A stretch of DNA of 50,414 bases from Candidatus Obscuribacteraceae bacterium (GTDB lineage Bacteria > Cyanobacteriota > Vampirovibrionia > Obscuribacterales > Obscuribacteraceae), in assembly GCA_044229845.1 (NCBI GenBank), contig JBGASG010000016.1, forward strand, positions 1 to 50,414. Direction: 5' to 3'. This document shows positions 27,282 through 36,847 of this stretch, piece after piece. Position 1 is the stretch's first letter; the number at the start of each line of letters is the position of its first letter. The position numbers were made by a program, and so were the translations under genes. Below the pieces are notes generated by a model that did no database searches, was not told where the DNA came from, and worked only from the letters and a program-made list of their open reading frames with translations.

Positions 27282-29153
27282 TTATTTTGAGAGGCTGTGG
27301 TACAGGTCGATCATCGGTTGCTGGTTGAGATGCACGAAGCCCTTGCCCGGAGAGTCCAAGTCATATATGAGCTGGACGACGAGAGCGAACGTCAGCACCA
27401 ACGCCAATTGCGCGGGGAAACTCCGCTTGCCGGAAAGCCCGAATTGGAAGCCCATGATAAACATCGCAATGCACGAGGACAGCGCCAGCACTCCCCACAC
27501 GAATGTGGGAATGCGGAAGTTGGCACCGAATGCGATGCGTTGATTCTGATACCCGACCATATCGGTGATGCCTTCGGAGAAGAGCGCATAAATATCGTTG
27601 GCGTCCTTAGCGGCGAGGCTCTCCGCCTGACTCCAGAGCATGGTTGTCAGCGCAGTCGTACGAGCCCGCAACGCCCGCAGTTTCTCCGGATCTCCGTAAG
27701 CGTCTCCCATGTTCATCCGGCATTCGACATAGTCACGCAGCAATGACTTGGTGAGAGTTCTTTGCGGATCCGGCACTAGCCCCGCACGCATGTATGTCGT
27801 CTGAATAGCGTTTACGTCGCCCATCAAAGCGTCTCTGCGCAAGTCGTAGCGGCTCGCTGCCGCGCCGAATGTCAGAGCAAGAACGAAGGCGAGAAGCGCA
27901 AGCACGGCCCCCGAGACGGCATTTACCGCGTCTTCCGACTCGTGCTCTTCCATGCGCGAGCGACGTACGCCCAGCCATTGCCCGGCCTCAATCGCGCCGA
28001 GAGTCACAGCTACCTGCAGCAGAAAAATGCCCCACATAGGAACCGACGCCAGGAAGTCACCACTTTCGTCTTCGACTGATACTTCGCGCGTCGATGGCAG
28101 GATAACTTCGGGATTCTCAAATTTTCCGGAGGCGATTCCCTTGGCGGACTCAGCCAGTAAACCCTCATCCACAGCCTGCCGAACCGGAACGAGAGTCTGC
28201 GTGTATCCGTTGTCGTGCGACCACTTGGCGCCCATTTCCAGAATGCCGATTCCTTCATCGCCCAATCGAAGGTCGATGTCTTTAAGTGACTTGGCCTCGA
28301 AGTTGGGATCGCGCTTAGCGGCCGAGTTCAGAGCGGCTTGCGTGAATCCGAATTGCGAATCGTCGATGTACCACTGATTGACTCTCTCGCGATGACGGTT
28401 GAAGAAGTCCCACGACTTCGCGATGCCTTGGAGGAAACGGACTGTTGCCAGCCGGTTATCGTTGATGAATTTGTCGGAAACCGACACCAGGTACACCGCC
28501 TGGTGCGAACTCAATACGCGGGCCGCACCACTGGTTTGAAACAGCGACATGTCCGGTTCCCACACGGCAACCGCATCGAATTTCCCCCACTTCTCGCGCC
28601 CACCAGCTTCGACCAGTTTCTGGATCTCAAGTATGTCCATATTGACATTGGTGACATCTTTGTCTGGTGTGAGCCCGGCTTCCCGTTCTCGATTCGTCAC
28701 TTCGCGATGACCGATGGTTCCGAAAGTGCACGCGACGGTTTTGCCCTTCAGGTCTTTAATGTTCTTGATCGGTGAGTCGACCGGCACCAATATCGCCGCA
28801 GGAAGGAAATGCAGGCGCCCCAATACCTTCCACTTCCCGCCTTTCGCGAGCAGATTGTTCACCGACTGACCGCTGGAGAACATGACGTCGAGATCGCCCT
28901 TGAGTGCAGCGGCGACTTCTGATTCGCCATAACTGAACGGCACGAATGTCGGGTCCAACCCCAGCTTATCTAATAGATCGGTTCGCTTCAAAACCTCGAC
29001 CATCTGACCTTGCGTCGACGTTGCGAGCTGCCAGCCAACACGAATCGGAATTCGCTCTTGATTCGACTTCGCGCTCGGAATCGAGCTCCAGACGATGGCG
29101 ACCAGCAGGAGAACGAGCCCAGAGATAATTGCAGTAACCAGTTTGGCTTTCAT
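27282..29153 (-). CDS. Fusion: SsuA/TauA/NMT1-type periplasmic binding domain + DUF4239 bestrophin-like membrane domain
   Basis: N-terminal anchor, IRVGWQ, ILVPVDSPIKNIKDLKGKTVA, DAVAVWEP; then LALLAFVLALTFGAAASRYDLRR…NAIQTTYMRA…IYDLDSPGKG in one uninterrupted frame. Confidence 0.88.
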   Translation of the reverse strand: MKAKLVTAIISGLVLLLVAIVWSSIPSAKSNQERIPIRVGWQLATSTQGQMVEVLKRTDLLDKLGLDPTFVPFSYGESEVAAALKGDLDVMFSSGQSVNNLLAKGGKWKVLGRLHFLPAAILVPVDSPIKNIKDLKGKTVACTFGTIGHREVTNREREAGLTPDKDVTNVNMDILEIQKLVEAGGREKWGKFDAVAVWEPDMSLFQTSGAARVLSSHQAVYLVSVSDKFINDNRLATVRFLQGIAKSWDFFNRHRERVNQWYIDDSQFGFTQAALNSAAKRDPNFEAKSLKDIDLRLGDEGIGILEMGAKWSHDNGYTQTLVPVRQAVDEGLLAESAKGIASGKFENPEVILPSTREVSVEDESGDFLASVPMWGIFLLQVAVTLGAIEAGQWLGVRRSRMEEHESEDAVNAVSGAVLALLAFVLALTFGAAASRYDLRRDALMGDVNAIQTTYMRAGLVPDPQRTLTKSLLRDYVECRMNMGDAYGDPEKLRALRARTTALTTMLWSQAESLAAKDANDIYALFSEGITDMVGYQNQRIAFGANFRIPTFVWGVLALSSCIAMFIMGFQFGLSGKRSFPAQLALVLTFALVVQLIYDLDSPGKGFVHLNQQPMIDLYHSLSK

Positions 29154-29318
29154 AACGTGCACGTCGTAGTTAGGGCGAACGTGGTGTAGACGAAGCTCTA
29201 ATTATGACCCATGACCAGGGCGTGGTTGTCAGGGAGCTGTTGCTAAGCAAGATTGGAGCAATTTGTTCAGCGGACAGCGAAGGCTTTGTTTGCAAAATAT
29301 GCCAGATCAGTGGGATAA

Positions 29319-29461
29319 CGCAGATCCGACTCCTCTTGCGGGGGGCAGTTTCCGGCGGCGACTCCAGCATTGATATCCGATTCCAGCTGCGCTTGTCGCG
29401 TGCTGATGTTGTTGTGAGTAATCTGTTGCGTCTGTGCGTTGCCCGCTCCATTGACGCCCTT
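29319..29461 (-). pseudogene. Decayed partial duplicate of the gene at 34802..35881
   Basis: 29319-29449 aligns ungapped with 35622-35752 at 112/131 nt by manual count; translates GAGNAQTQQITHNNISTRQAQLESDINAGVAAG…QEESDLR, with an in-frame TGA just upstream. Confidence 0.88.
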
Positions 29462-29528
29462 TAATCATTGGACGGCAGGACGCCCGTCGAGAGTTCAATA
29501 ATGTGCAATGTGCAGAGTTGCTGAAGTG

Positions 29529-29562
29529 GAGATATCTAGATACTTGAATATATAGATATCTC
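29529..29562. promoter_or_regulatory. Palindromic operator upstream of the ABC-HlyD-TolC operon
   Basis: GAGATATCTA-N14-TAGATATCTC (perfect 10-bp arms) containing ATATCTAGATACTTGAATAT (29532-29551). Confidence 0.75.
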
Positions 29563-29605
29563 GTGCTATTCTGGACAACATAACCGATGTTGTTAGGGAC
29601 TTGCG

Positions 29606-31387
29606 TTGGAAGGCAGCACTCATCATCCAGAACCTCTGGAGCGCTTTTGGGCGCTGATGAAAATCGATTCGCGCGATTTGTCTATCCTCGTCAGCTACAC
29701 GATGGTGACCGGATTGCTTTCTCTAGCGGTGCCACTCGCTGCTCAAGCGGTAGTGAACACCATAGCAGCCGGCATTTTCTTTCAACCGCTGGTCGTGATG
29801 ACGGCATTACTGTTTGCCGGACTGCTGCTGGTTGCGGTCTTGAGAATGTTCAAGCTGCGGTTGGTTGAAACATTGCAACAACGTTTTTTTGCCCGGGTAG
29901 TGATGCAACTTGGCTCCCGTATTCCAAAAATTCAGACGCAGGCGCTCTCAAAAGAATATATACCTGAATTGGTCAATCGGTTCTTTGACGTGATGACCGT
30001 TCAAAAGTCTTGGGGGAAGCTGCTGTTAGACGTACCGGCGTCGCTTTTGCAGATAACAATCGGCCTTTTCTTGATGGCACTCTACAGTCCGTGGCTTTTG
30101 GCTTTTGACTTTGCGATTATCGCTTTCATATTGATCTGCTCGACGGTCCTCGGGGTTGGTGGTATCAAAACCAGCATTCACGAGTCGCATGAGAAGTATC
30201 GGGTGGCTGAATGGTTGGAAGACCTTGGTCGTTGCCACATAAGCTTCAAAACGCATGGGTTTCCTCGGTTCATCCTCGAAAAATCCGACCAGCTGGTCAT
30301 GAACTATTTGGATGCACGTCGGTCACACTTTGCTGTGCTTTTCAGGCAATCTTTCAGTACTTATCTCTTTCAAGCCTTGGCTGGTACCGGCATTTTGGCC
30401 ATCGGAGGTTGGCTCGTAATCAATCGCCAACTGACACTGGGACAGCTTGTCGCAGCAGAGCTGGTAGTTTTGAACGTTCTTTCCGCTCTCGAAAAACTTA
30501 TACGCAACTGCGACACCTATTACGACCTGCTAACAGGACTGGATAAGGTTGGACATCTCACGGATTTACCGCTCGAGCGGAGAATTGGCAATGAAATCAC
30601 TGATGCCAACGGTGGAGCTGAAGTCGCGATTCACAAAGTTTGCTTTAGTTACACTGAAATTTCCGTTCTAGCCGACGTCAATTTGGTTATTAAAGCCGGC
30701 GAGAGAGCCAGTCTTGTCGGCGCGAGCGGAGCGGGGAAGACGACTCTCGCCCACATCCTGTGCGGACTCCTCGAGCCTGACTCTGGTGCCATCGAGTTCG
30801 CCGGAGTGGACATTCGTGATCTAAGTCTTCCGGCAATGCGGCGACATATTGGTTTCGTCGGCGATGCGAATGAAATATTCGAAGGCACCATTGAAGAAAA
30901 TATCCGGATGGGCCGTGACTTCGTGACTCACAAAGATGTCAGATGGGCGCTCAGCGTCTCGCGACTAAATGACGAGATAGCACGCCTTCCGGATGGTGCG
31001 CAGACGCAGCTCATAGCGAGCGGAAAAAATCTCTCCAGAGGACAGGTCCAGCGCCTTCTGATTGCACGAGCCATTGCGCACCGTCCTGCCCTCTTGATTC
31101 TCGATGAAGCATTTACAGGAATCGACGAGAAAACGAAAATTGCCATCGTCGAGCAGCTTCTGGATAGCAACAATCCCTGGACTCTGGTAGACATCTCGCA
31201 TGATGCCGAAGTTGTGAAACGCTCAGATCAAGTTTACGTCTTAGCCGATGGGCAGATCGCTGAATTTGGCTCACCGGCCGCTTTGTCCTGGCGGTCCGAT
31301 AGCGAGTTTTCTACTTTGTTTCCCGAGCTCGCTACTGACGTTCGCAGGACAGAGCGACGCAAAGAAGTTCGAAATACAGGTAAATGA
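29606..31387 (+). CDS. Type I secretion/export ABC transporter, permease + ATPase (no C39 domain evident)
   Basis: TM domain ending LTLGQLVAAEL; Walker A GASGAGKT; signature LSRGQ; Walker B LLILDEA. Confidence 0.93.
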   Translation: MEGSTHHPEPLERFWALMKIDSRDLSILVSYTMVTGLLSLAVPLAAQAVVNTIAAGIFFQPLVVMTALLFAGLLLVAVLRMFKLRLVETLQQRFFARVVMQLGSRIPKIQTQALSKEYIPELVNRFFDVMTVQKSWGKLLLDVPASLLQITIGLFLMALYSPWLLAFDFAIIAFILICSTVLGVGGIKTSIHESHEKYRVAEWLEDLGRCHISFKTHGFPRFILEKSDQLVMNYLDARRSHFAVLFRQSFSTYLFQALAGTGILAIGGWLVINRQLTLGQLVAAELVVLNVLSALEKLIRNCDTYYDLLTGLDKVGHLTDLPLERRIGNEITDANGGAEVAIHKVCFSYTEISVLADVNLVIKAGERASLVGASGAGKTTLAHILCGLLEPDSGAIEFAGVDIRDLSLPAMRRHIGFVGDANEIFEGTIEENIRMGRDFVTHKDVRWALSVSRLNDEIARLPDGAQTQLIASGKNLSRGQVQRLLIARAIAHRPALLILDEAFTGIDEKTKIAIVEQLLDSNNPWTLVDISHDAEVVKRSDQVYVLADGQIAEFGSPAALSWRSDSEFSTLFPELATDVRRTERRKEVRNTGK

Positions 31388-31390
31388 TTC

Positions 31391-32803
31391 ATGACGCAAA
31401 GTACACCAACTGCTAAGCAGAACATGGTCTACGAGCCAAGATGTTTGCAACTTGTCGCAACAGGCAGGTCGGCGGAATTTGTCGCACTGTCTCTCTGGTT
31501 CGCTGTGTTCGCCTCGATCTTAGGCGCCATGTTCGTGCCATGGCAGCAATCGATTGCTGGAATCGGACAAGTGATTATCTTTTCGCCCATGGAAAGGCCT
31601 CAAAACATAGAAGCTCAAATACCGGGTCGCCTGGTGAGCTGGCATGTCCGAGATGGTGAGATGGTCAAAAATGGTCAGTTTATCGCCGAGCTGACTGATC
31701 TAGATCCGAAGTTCCTCGACCCCAATCAGTCCGCTAGACTTCAAGACCAGCGCGCGGCCCTAATAGCAAGGAAGGAAGCGGCGAAGAATAGACTTCGGGC
31801 CCTGGAGACCCAATATGGCAATTTGAAGAAATCCCAGCAAGCCGCTGTGCCATCTGCTGGCGAACGTGCAAAGCAGGCCACCAACAGAATTTCGCAAGCA
31901 GAACAGACTCTTGTTGCAGCGAAGCAGAATGAAGTCACTGCCGATCTCAACTTGAAGCGGATCGATGACCTCTTTGGCAAAGGACTGCGCTCCAAACGGG
32001 ACCTGGAGTTGGCCCAGTTCGAAATGGCGAGAGCAAAGACTGAGGTTGAAAGAGCCATAGCCGCAGTTGATATTGCCAGGCGCGATGAAACAGTAGCAGG
32101 TCTTGACCAAAACAAAATCGTGGCCGACACGGAAGCTGCTATGAGCAATGTTGCCGCTACCATGGCTCAAGTGCAAGAGACGATTGAGTCGATCACGACC
32201 GATCTATACAAGTTGGACATAGATATAGGCAATCTGACCAGACGCGTTGCTCAAAGAAGAGTAATCGCGCCTTGTTCCGGGCGAATCGTAAAATTGCTCA
32301 AAGTGGGAGCCGGTTCGACTGTCGATGCCGGAAGTCTCCTGGCTGTCATTGCACCTTCGACGCAGGACTTGGCTGTGGAGTTATTGATCAGCGATAACGA
32401 TGCTCCTCTTGTTAGCGTGGGCAGGCCTGTGCGATTGCAATTTGCCGGTTGGCCGGCTTTACAGTTTGCTGGATGGCCGTCGATTGCGGTGGGCACATTT
32501 GGTGGACGTGTGGCAGTGGTGGACGCTGTGGACAATGGCAAAAACAGCTATCGCGTCATAGTTAAACCCGATTGGCAGGCCATCCGGGAGGGAAAAGACG
32601 AACCCTGGCCTAAAGCTGATTTCCTGCGACCCGGCGCCGAAGCCAGCGGTTGGATCATGCTTGATACCGTCTCGCTCGGATTCGAGCTGTGGCGGCAGTT
32701 CAATGCTTTCCCGCCGACGATCAAGCCAGAGGAGTTGGGACTAAGTCATACAACTTCGGAAGACAAAGGTAGTTCGCCCGACATCAAGCGAAAGAGTAAG
32801 TAG
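31391..32803 (+). CDS. HlyD-family membrane fusion protein
   Basis: Single TM, lipoyl-like halves (IEAQIPGRLVSWHVRDGEMV; VIAPCSGRIV), long coiled coil, VRLQFAGWPA. Confidence 0.93.
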   Translation: MTQSTPTAKQNMVYEPRCLQLVATGRSAEFVALSLWFAVFASILGAMFVPWQQSIAGIGQVIIFSPMERPQNIEAQIPGRLVSWHVRDGEMVKNGQFIAELTDLDPKFLDPNQSARLQDQRAALIARKEAAKNRLRALETQYGNLKKSQQAAVPSAGERAKQATNRISQAEQTLVAAKQNEVTADLNLKRIDDLFGKGLRSKRDLELAQFEMARAKTEVERAIAAVDIARRDETVAGLDQNKIVADTEAAMSNVAATMAQVQETIESITTDLYKLDIDIGNLTRRVAQRRVIAPCSGRIVKLLKVGAGSTVDAGSLLAVIAPSTQDLAVELLISDNDAPLVSVGRPVRLQFAGWPALQFAGWPSIAVGTFGGRVAVVDAVDNGKNSYRVIVKPDWQAIREGKDEPWPKADFLRPGAEASGWIMLDTVSLGFELWRQFNAFPPTIKPEELGLSHTTSEDKGSSPDIKRKSK

Positions 32804-32811
32804 GGCGATTT

Positions 32812-34302
32812 ATGCTCCTGAAGCAGCTCATTGTGCCACTAGCGTCGTTTCTGATGATCTCTGCGGGAGTATTGTCAGCCCGCGCTCAAGAGCAGTCTTT
32901 GCCGGCGCCAATTTACTTGCAGGAGTTTTCAAAAGAGAAGCCGCTCGGTTCGGTACGGCAGGATGCCAACGCCACACAATTAACGCTTCGGGGTTTCGTT
33001 CAGTCGATCGATTCCAATTTTCCAAAGCTTCTCAGTGCCGATGCTGAGCGACGCCTAGCGATCGCCAAATTGCTTGAGAAATCAGGCGCCTTCGATCCCG
33101 TACTTGTGCACCTCAGTGAATATCTGCGCGTCCAGGATATTTTTACCCCCGGCAAGGCAAAAGACGCCATCCACAATGAGTCGAGAGTCGACCTGTTGAC
33201 GCGGTCCGGCATGAAGGTGTTTGCCGGGATGCGCCTGAATCCGAACGATACGAAAACTCCATTCGTGCCTACCGGAAGCGCAGGTGAGTACTATGCCGGC
33301 ATGTCTGTCCCGCTACTGCGAGGGCGAGCCGTTAACGAGAAGTCCATTGCTGAAACCCAGGCTCGGCTAAGTCAACCTGTAGCTCAACAGATTTACCTTG
33401 CTGCGCGGATGGAGATTCTGATGAAAGCCGCCGGAGTTTACTGGGAGTGGCTTGGTGCGAAGTCGCGATTGCAAGTAGCTAACAGTTTGCTGACGATTGC
33501 AGAACAGCGTGTAAGTCAGATCAGGGAGAGGGTCAACAGTGGTGACGCACCAGCTCTGGAAATCATCGAAGCCGAACAAGAGATAGAGAGGCGAAAAGCT
33601 GGAGTGGTCAAAGCTCAAAGGGATCTTGAGAAGACCAGTATCCAGATGTCTGTTTATTTGTGGCGGCCAAATGTGACACCGGATACGGTACCGTCGCTGG
33701 ATGCTATGCCAGACCTGACTCCCTTCCCTCAAAAAGTTGCTGTTGAAACATGGACTGCGGCGCGAAAGTTAGCCATTATGGTGCGCCCTGAGCTCAAGCG
33801 GATTGCCGCCGAGCGAAAAATTTTACAAGCGGAACTGCAGCTAGCAAAAAACCAGCTGCTTCCTGTTATGGATGCTTACGCGCTTCAAGGAGCCGACACC
33901 GGCAAGAACGGAATCGGTCCGATTGTACGAGGAGGGGTTAATATCTCGATTCCGTTGAGACAACGAACTGCTCGTGGATTGGTACTGGCCGCTGAGACCC
34001 GATTGCAAAAACTCACTTTCGATGAGGCCGCAGAACGGCAACGGATTACAGCTGAAGTCGATGATGTGGTCTCAGCAATCAATACATCTTTCGATAAATT
34101 CATGGCGGTGAACGCTGAAGTGAACAAGGCGCGGTCGGTCGAAAATGGTGAGAAGCTGCGGTTTGCTGCCGGTGACAGTACATTGTTTCTGGTTAACCAG
34201 AGAGAACGTGCAACCGCTGAGGCGCGAGTTCGCCTGATTGACGCTCATGTGGAGTATTTGCAAGCATTGACAGCTTTCGACATTGTAACTTGCAAGCTCT
34301 AG
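32812..34302 (+). CDS. TolC-family outer membrane efflux protein
   Basis: Signal peptide, SVPLLRGR, coiled-coil repeats, RFAAGDSTLFLVNQRE; third gene of the tripartite operon. Confidence 0.92.
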   Translation: MLLKQLIVPLASFLMISAGVLSARAQEQSLPAPIYLQEFSKEKPLGSVRQDANATQLTLRGFVQSIDSNFPKLLSADAERRLAIAKLLEKSGAFDPVLVHLSEYLRVQDIFTPGKAKDAIHNESRVDLLTRSGMKVFAGMRLNPNDTKTPFVPTGSAGEYYAGMSVPLLRGRAVNEKSIAETQARLSQPVAQQIYLAARMEILMKAAGVYWEWLGAKSRLQVANSLLTIAEQRVSQIRERVNSGDAPALEIIEAEQEIERRKAGVVKAQRDLEKTSIQMSVYLWRPNVTPDTVPSLDAMPDLTPFPQKVAVETWTAARKLAIMVRPELKRIAAERKILQAELQLAKNQLLPVMDAYALQGADTGKNGIGPIVRGGVNISIPLRQRTARGLVLAAETRLQKLTFDEAAERQRITAEVDDVVSAINTSFDKFMAVNAEVNKARSVENGEKLRFAAGDSTLFLVNQRERATAEARVRLIDAHVEYLQALTAFDIVTCKL

Positions 34303-34325
34303 CCCATTTGTCGATAATTGTTCAT

Positions 34326-34345
34326 ATATATTGATGTCTGAATAT
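34326..34345. promoter_or_regulatory. Putative ArsR autoregulatory operator
   Basis: ATATATTGATGTCTGAATAT, 15/20 identical to the box at 29532-29551. Confidence 0.65.
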
Positions 34346-34363
34346 TAGTAACTTCAGAGGAGA

Positions 34364-34774
34364 ATGTCATTGCCGTACCGAATTGTCGTAAGCAATAAGC
34401 TCGCACAACTCCTCAATGTTTTATCGCATCCTGTTCGCATTCGAATAGTCGAGGAGTTGAAGAGCCAAGAACTTACTGTCAGCACGTTGAAGGATCTTTT
34501 GGAGCTTTCGCCAGCTGCGACATCGCAGCAGCTGGCTCTGCTTCGAGCGCATGGCATCGTTGCAGAGAACAGGCAGGGAAGAAACGTTTTCTACCGTCTT
34601 TGTAAGCCAAGCCTGGCTGACTGGCTCATGGACGGTCTGAAATTTATTGATCCAGACCCAGGCGAAGTCCAGACTATCACTACTGCCATTGAGAGTGCTC
34701 GTTCGGCATGGGGAAGTGCACCATCTAAGCGTAAGAGAACTCCCTCCAAAAATCCGAGGAACAACGACAACTAG
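34364..34774 (+). CDS. ArsR/SmtB-family transcriptional regulator
   Basis: LSHPVRIRIVEEL, SPAATSQQLALLR, RQGRNVFYRL; GAGGAG RBS. Confidence 0.93.
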   Translation: MSLPYRIVVSNKLAQLLNVLSHPVRIRIVEELKSQELTVSTLKDLLELSPAATSQQLALLRAHGIVAENRQGRNVFYRLCKPSLADWLMDGLKFIDPDPGEVQTITTAIESARSAWGSAPSKRKRTPSKNPRNNDN

Positions 34775-34801
34775 ACGTTTCGGAAGTGCCGCCTATCGGG
34801 A

Positions 34802-35881
34802 CTACCAGACGTTCTTCGAATCGAGCGTCTTAGAGATGTCGTTAGCGGTTGCCTGAATCTGGTCGTTGAGTTGCTTGGATGCAGCGTAGCCCATGGACGC
34901 CCCGCTCGTGTTCAGTTGGTTTTGCCAGTTCTCAATCTGCATTTCTTTGCTCAGGAGCACATTCGCTTCCCACTGCTTCAGTTTTCCGGAAGAAACTCCA
35001 GTCATGATGCGCTGTTTGAGTAGCGGTTGATTCCATGCGCCACCACCGTTCCAGTTGCCACCACCATTCCAGTTGCCACCACCATTCCACTTATTGCCGC
35101 CGTTCCACTTGTTGCCACCACCGGACCATATGCCGCCACCACCACCGCCGATGGGTCCGCCCCAATTGCGAGTGCTGCGCGAGATGCCGTCATCCAGTGA
35201 ATCGAGCCTGGTCAGGAGATTTTGTTGCTCGCCATAATCAAGACGTCCGTCGCGTAGCGCCAGGCTCTCGTCATTTTGAATCTGATTGAGTTGCGACTGC
35301 AGACGCCAGGATGAATTCTGATCGAGACGCCCCTGGACGATTCCTTGCTGAATCCTGGCGGACAGCTCGGCGATGCGACTATCGATGCGCGCTTGGCGTG
35401 CTTGCTGGTTGCCGGCACCGGAGTTGGGTCCGCCGTACCGACGAAACCAGTCTTTATATCCCATGCCACCAGATCCGGTGTACGCCGTGTTGGACATGTA
35501 CGACTGCAAGCGCTGCGTCAAACGAGTGAGCGAATCGACCAGAATTTGGGTTTCGTTGTTATCAAGGTTGCCATCTGCAAGAAACTGTCCTTCCTGCCTC
35601 TCGATATTGTTCAACTCGGCGCGCAGATCCGACTCCTCCTGCGGCGTCAGTTTTCCGGCGGCGACTCCAGCAGTGATGTCCGATTCTAATTGTGCTTGCC
35701 GCGTGCTGATGTTGCTGCGAATAAGCTGTTGCGTTTGTGCGTTGCCCGCTCCCTTACCGCCCTTCGATTGCCAGAGCATCGAGTTAAAGCCCTGGGCGCC
35801 CGAAGGCATAGGGCTGTAGGACAGTGCCAGTAAGGAAACCAGCACCACGCCGGCGGCTTTCGCTTCACGCTGCATTGACAT
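34802..35881 (-). CDS. Secreted protein with three helical repeats and a Gly/Trp/Asn low-complexity tract
   Basis: Signal peptide; repeats I(T/Q/M)xG(V/I)xxG(K/R)L; GGNKWNGGNKWNGGGNWNGGGNWNGGGAWN; GGAGAGG RBS. Confidence 0.85.
   Translation of the reverse strand: MSMQREAKAAGVVLVSLLALSYSPMPSGAQGFNSMLWQSKGGKGAGNAQTQQLIRSNISTRQAQLESDITAGVAAGKLTPQEESDLRAELNNIERQEGQFLADGNLDNNETQILVDSLTRLTQRLQSYMSNTAYTGSGGMGYKDWFRRYGGPNSGAGNQQARQARIDSRIAELSARIQQGIVQGRLDQNSSWRLQSQLNQIQNDESLALRDGRLDYGEQQNLLTRLDSLDDGISRSTRNWGGPIGGGGGGIWSGGGNKWNGGNKWNGGGNWNGGGNWNGGGAWNQPLLKQRIMTGVSSGKLKQWEANVLLSKEMQIENWQNQLNTSGASMGYAASKQLNDQIQATANDISKTLDSKNVW
35030..35122. repeat. Imperfect 18-bp coding tandem repeat (about 5 units)
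   Basis: Units like CCACCACCATTCCAGTTG encode the hexapeptide (G/N)(N/K/A)WNGG on the minus strand. Confidence 0.8.
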
Positions 35882-36050
35882 GACCTCTCCGAGTTTGTCC
35901 TGTAATGATAGTAAATTTGAGAAACGCTTGCGCGCGAACGCTTCTTGAGGGCTAACATCGTACCTTCGCGCATTCTATCGCCGACATTTCTCCGCAGATC
36001 AGTAACCCGACCTGCTTTTCTTGATAAAATCGCGACGAATCAGACAGTGA

Positions 36051-36704
36051 GTGAATTCCATGACAAATCAGGACAACAAAGGCAAAGACGTCCACTTCAT
36101 GAACCGGCTCTTCGGTCCTGACAGGGACGAGGTCTGGAAGAAACTGAGCACCGAGCTCAATGCAAACTTTGTGGACGGGGGCGTGTGGCAGACCAGTAAG
36201 GTGGAGGTGTCTCACGGTCCATGGACAGTTACGCTTGATGCTTTCATCGTTCAGGCTAAAGACGCGCCTCTTCCGTACACTCGCATGCGCGCTCCCTACG
36301 TCAACTCCGGCGGCTTCAGGTTCTCGCTGCAGCGTCGCTCGTTCATGCATGATCTCGCCGTCAAGCTGGGAGGAATGCAAGACATCCAGGTCGGACACAA
36401 AGACTTTGATGATGCGTTCATTGTCAGCGCCAGCAGCGAACAGAAGATCAAAGAGTTGCTCGCCTCCGACCGAATTCGCGATCTCCTCATGGCACAACCA
36501 CAAATAGTGTTATCCGTTAAAGATGACGAAGGTTGGTTTGGCCCAAAATTTCCAGACGGCGTTGACGAATTGCAATTCGTCTGTGGTGGTCACATAACAG
36601 ATATGGGCAGGCTCAAAGCATTGTTTGACCTGTTTGCGGAGACGCTGGACCGACTCTGCGAAATCGGCACGGCAACGGAAGCAACGCCGCAAGTCAAACT
36701 GTAA
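36051..36704 (+). CDS. Conserved hypothetical protein (DUF3137-like)
   Basis: LFGP…EVW, YTRMRAPYVN, GMQDIQVG…FDDAFIV, KDDEGWFG motifs resemble a widespread conserved family (from recall). Confidence 0.7.
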   Translation: MNSMTNQDNKGKDVHFMNRLFGPDRDEVWKKLSTELNANFVDGGVWQTSKVEVSHGPWTVTLDAFIVQAKDAPLPYTRMRAPYVNSGGFRFSLQRRSFMHDLAVKLGGMQDIQVGHKDFDDAFIVSASSEQKIKELLASDRIRDLLMAQPQIVLSVKDDEGWFGPKFPDGVDELQFVCGGHITDMGRLKALFDLFAETLDRLCEIGTATEATPQVKL

Positions 36705-36847
36705 TCGGCTTGAGCCCGGCATAAAGCGAATAACTTGATCGCCGTCGCTAACAGATTTTTGAAAGCCCACTCGGTTTGCGTTGTGGGCATCCATCCCAAC
36801 ATCTAAATTAGGTGTGTGACTGGTTTTCAAGCTGCTAGACTCTGCAC

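Noticed and set aside
29170..29498. Three short ORFs in the ORF track
   Set aside because: Explained as off-frame reads of the decayed duplicate of gene 34802..35881.
35030..35122. Tandem repeat considered as a CRISPR array or as RTX repeats marking the type I secretion cargo
   Set aside because: No unique spacers and no cas genes; the repeats lack the GGxGxD Asp, and the protein has a Sec signal peptide.
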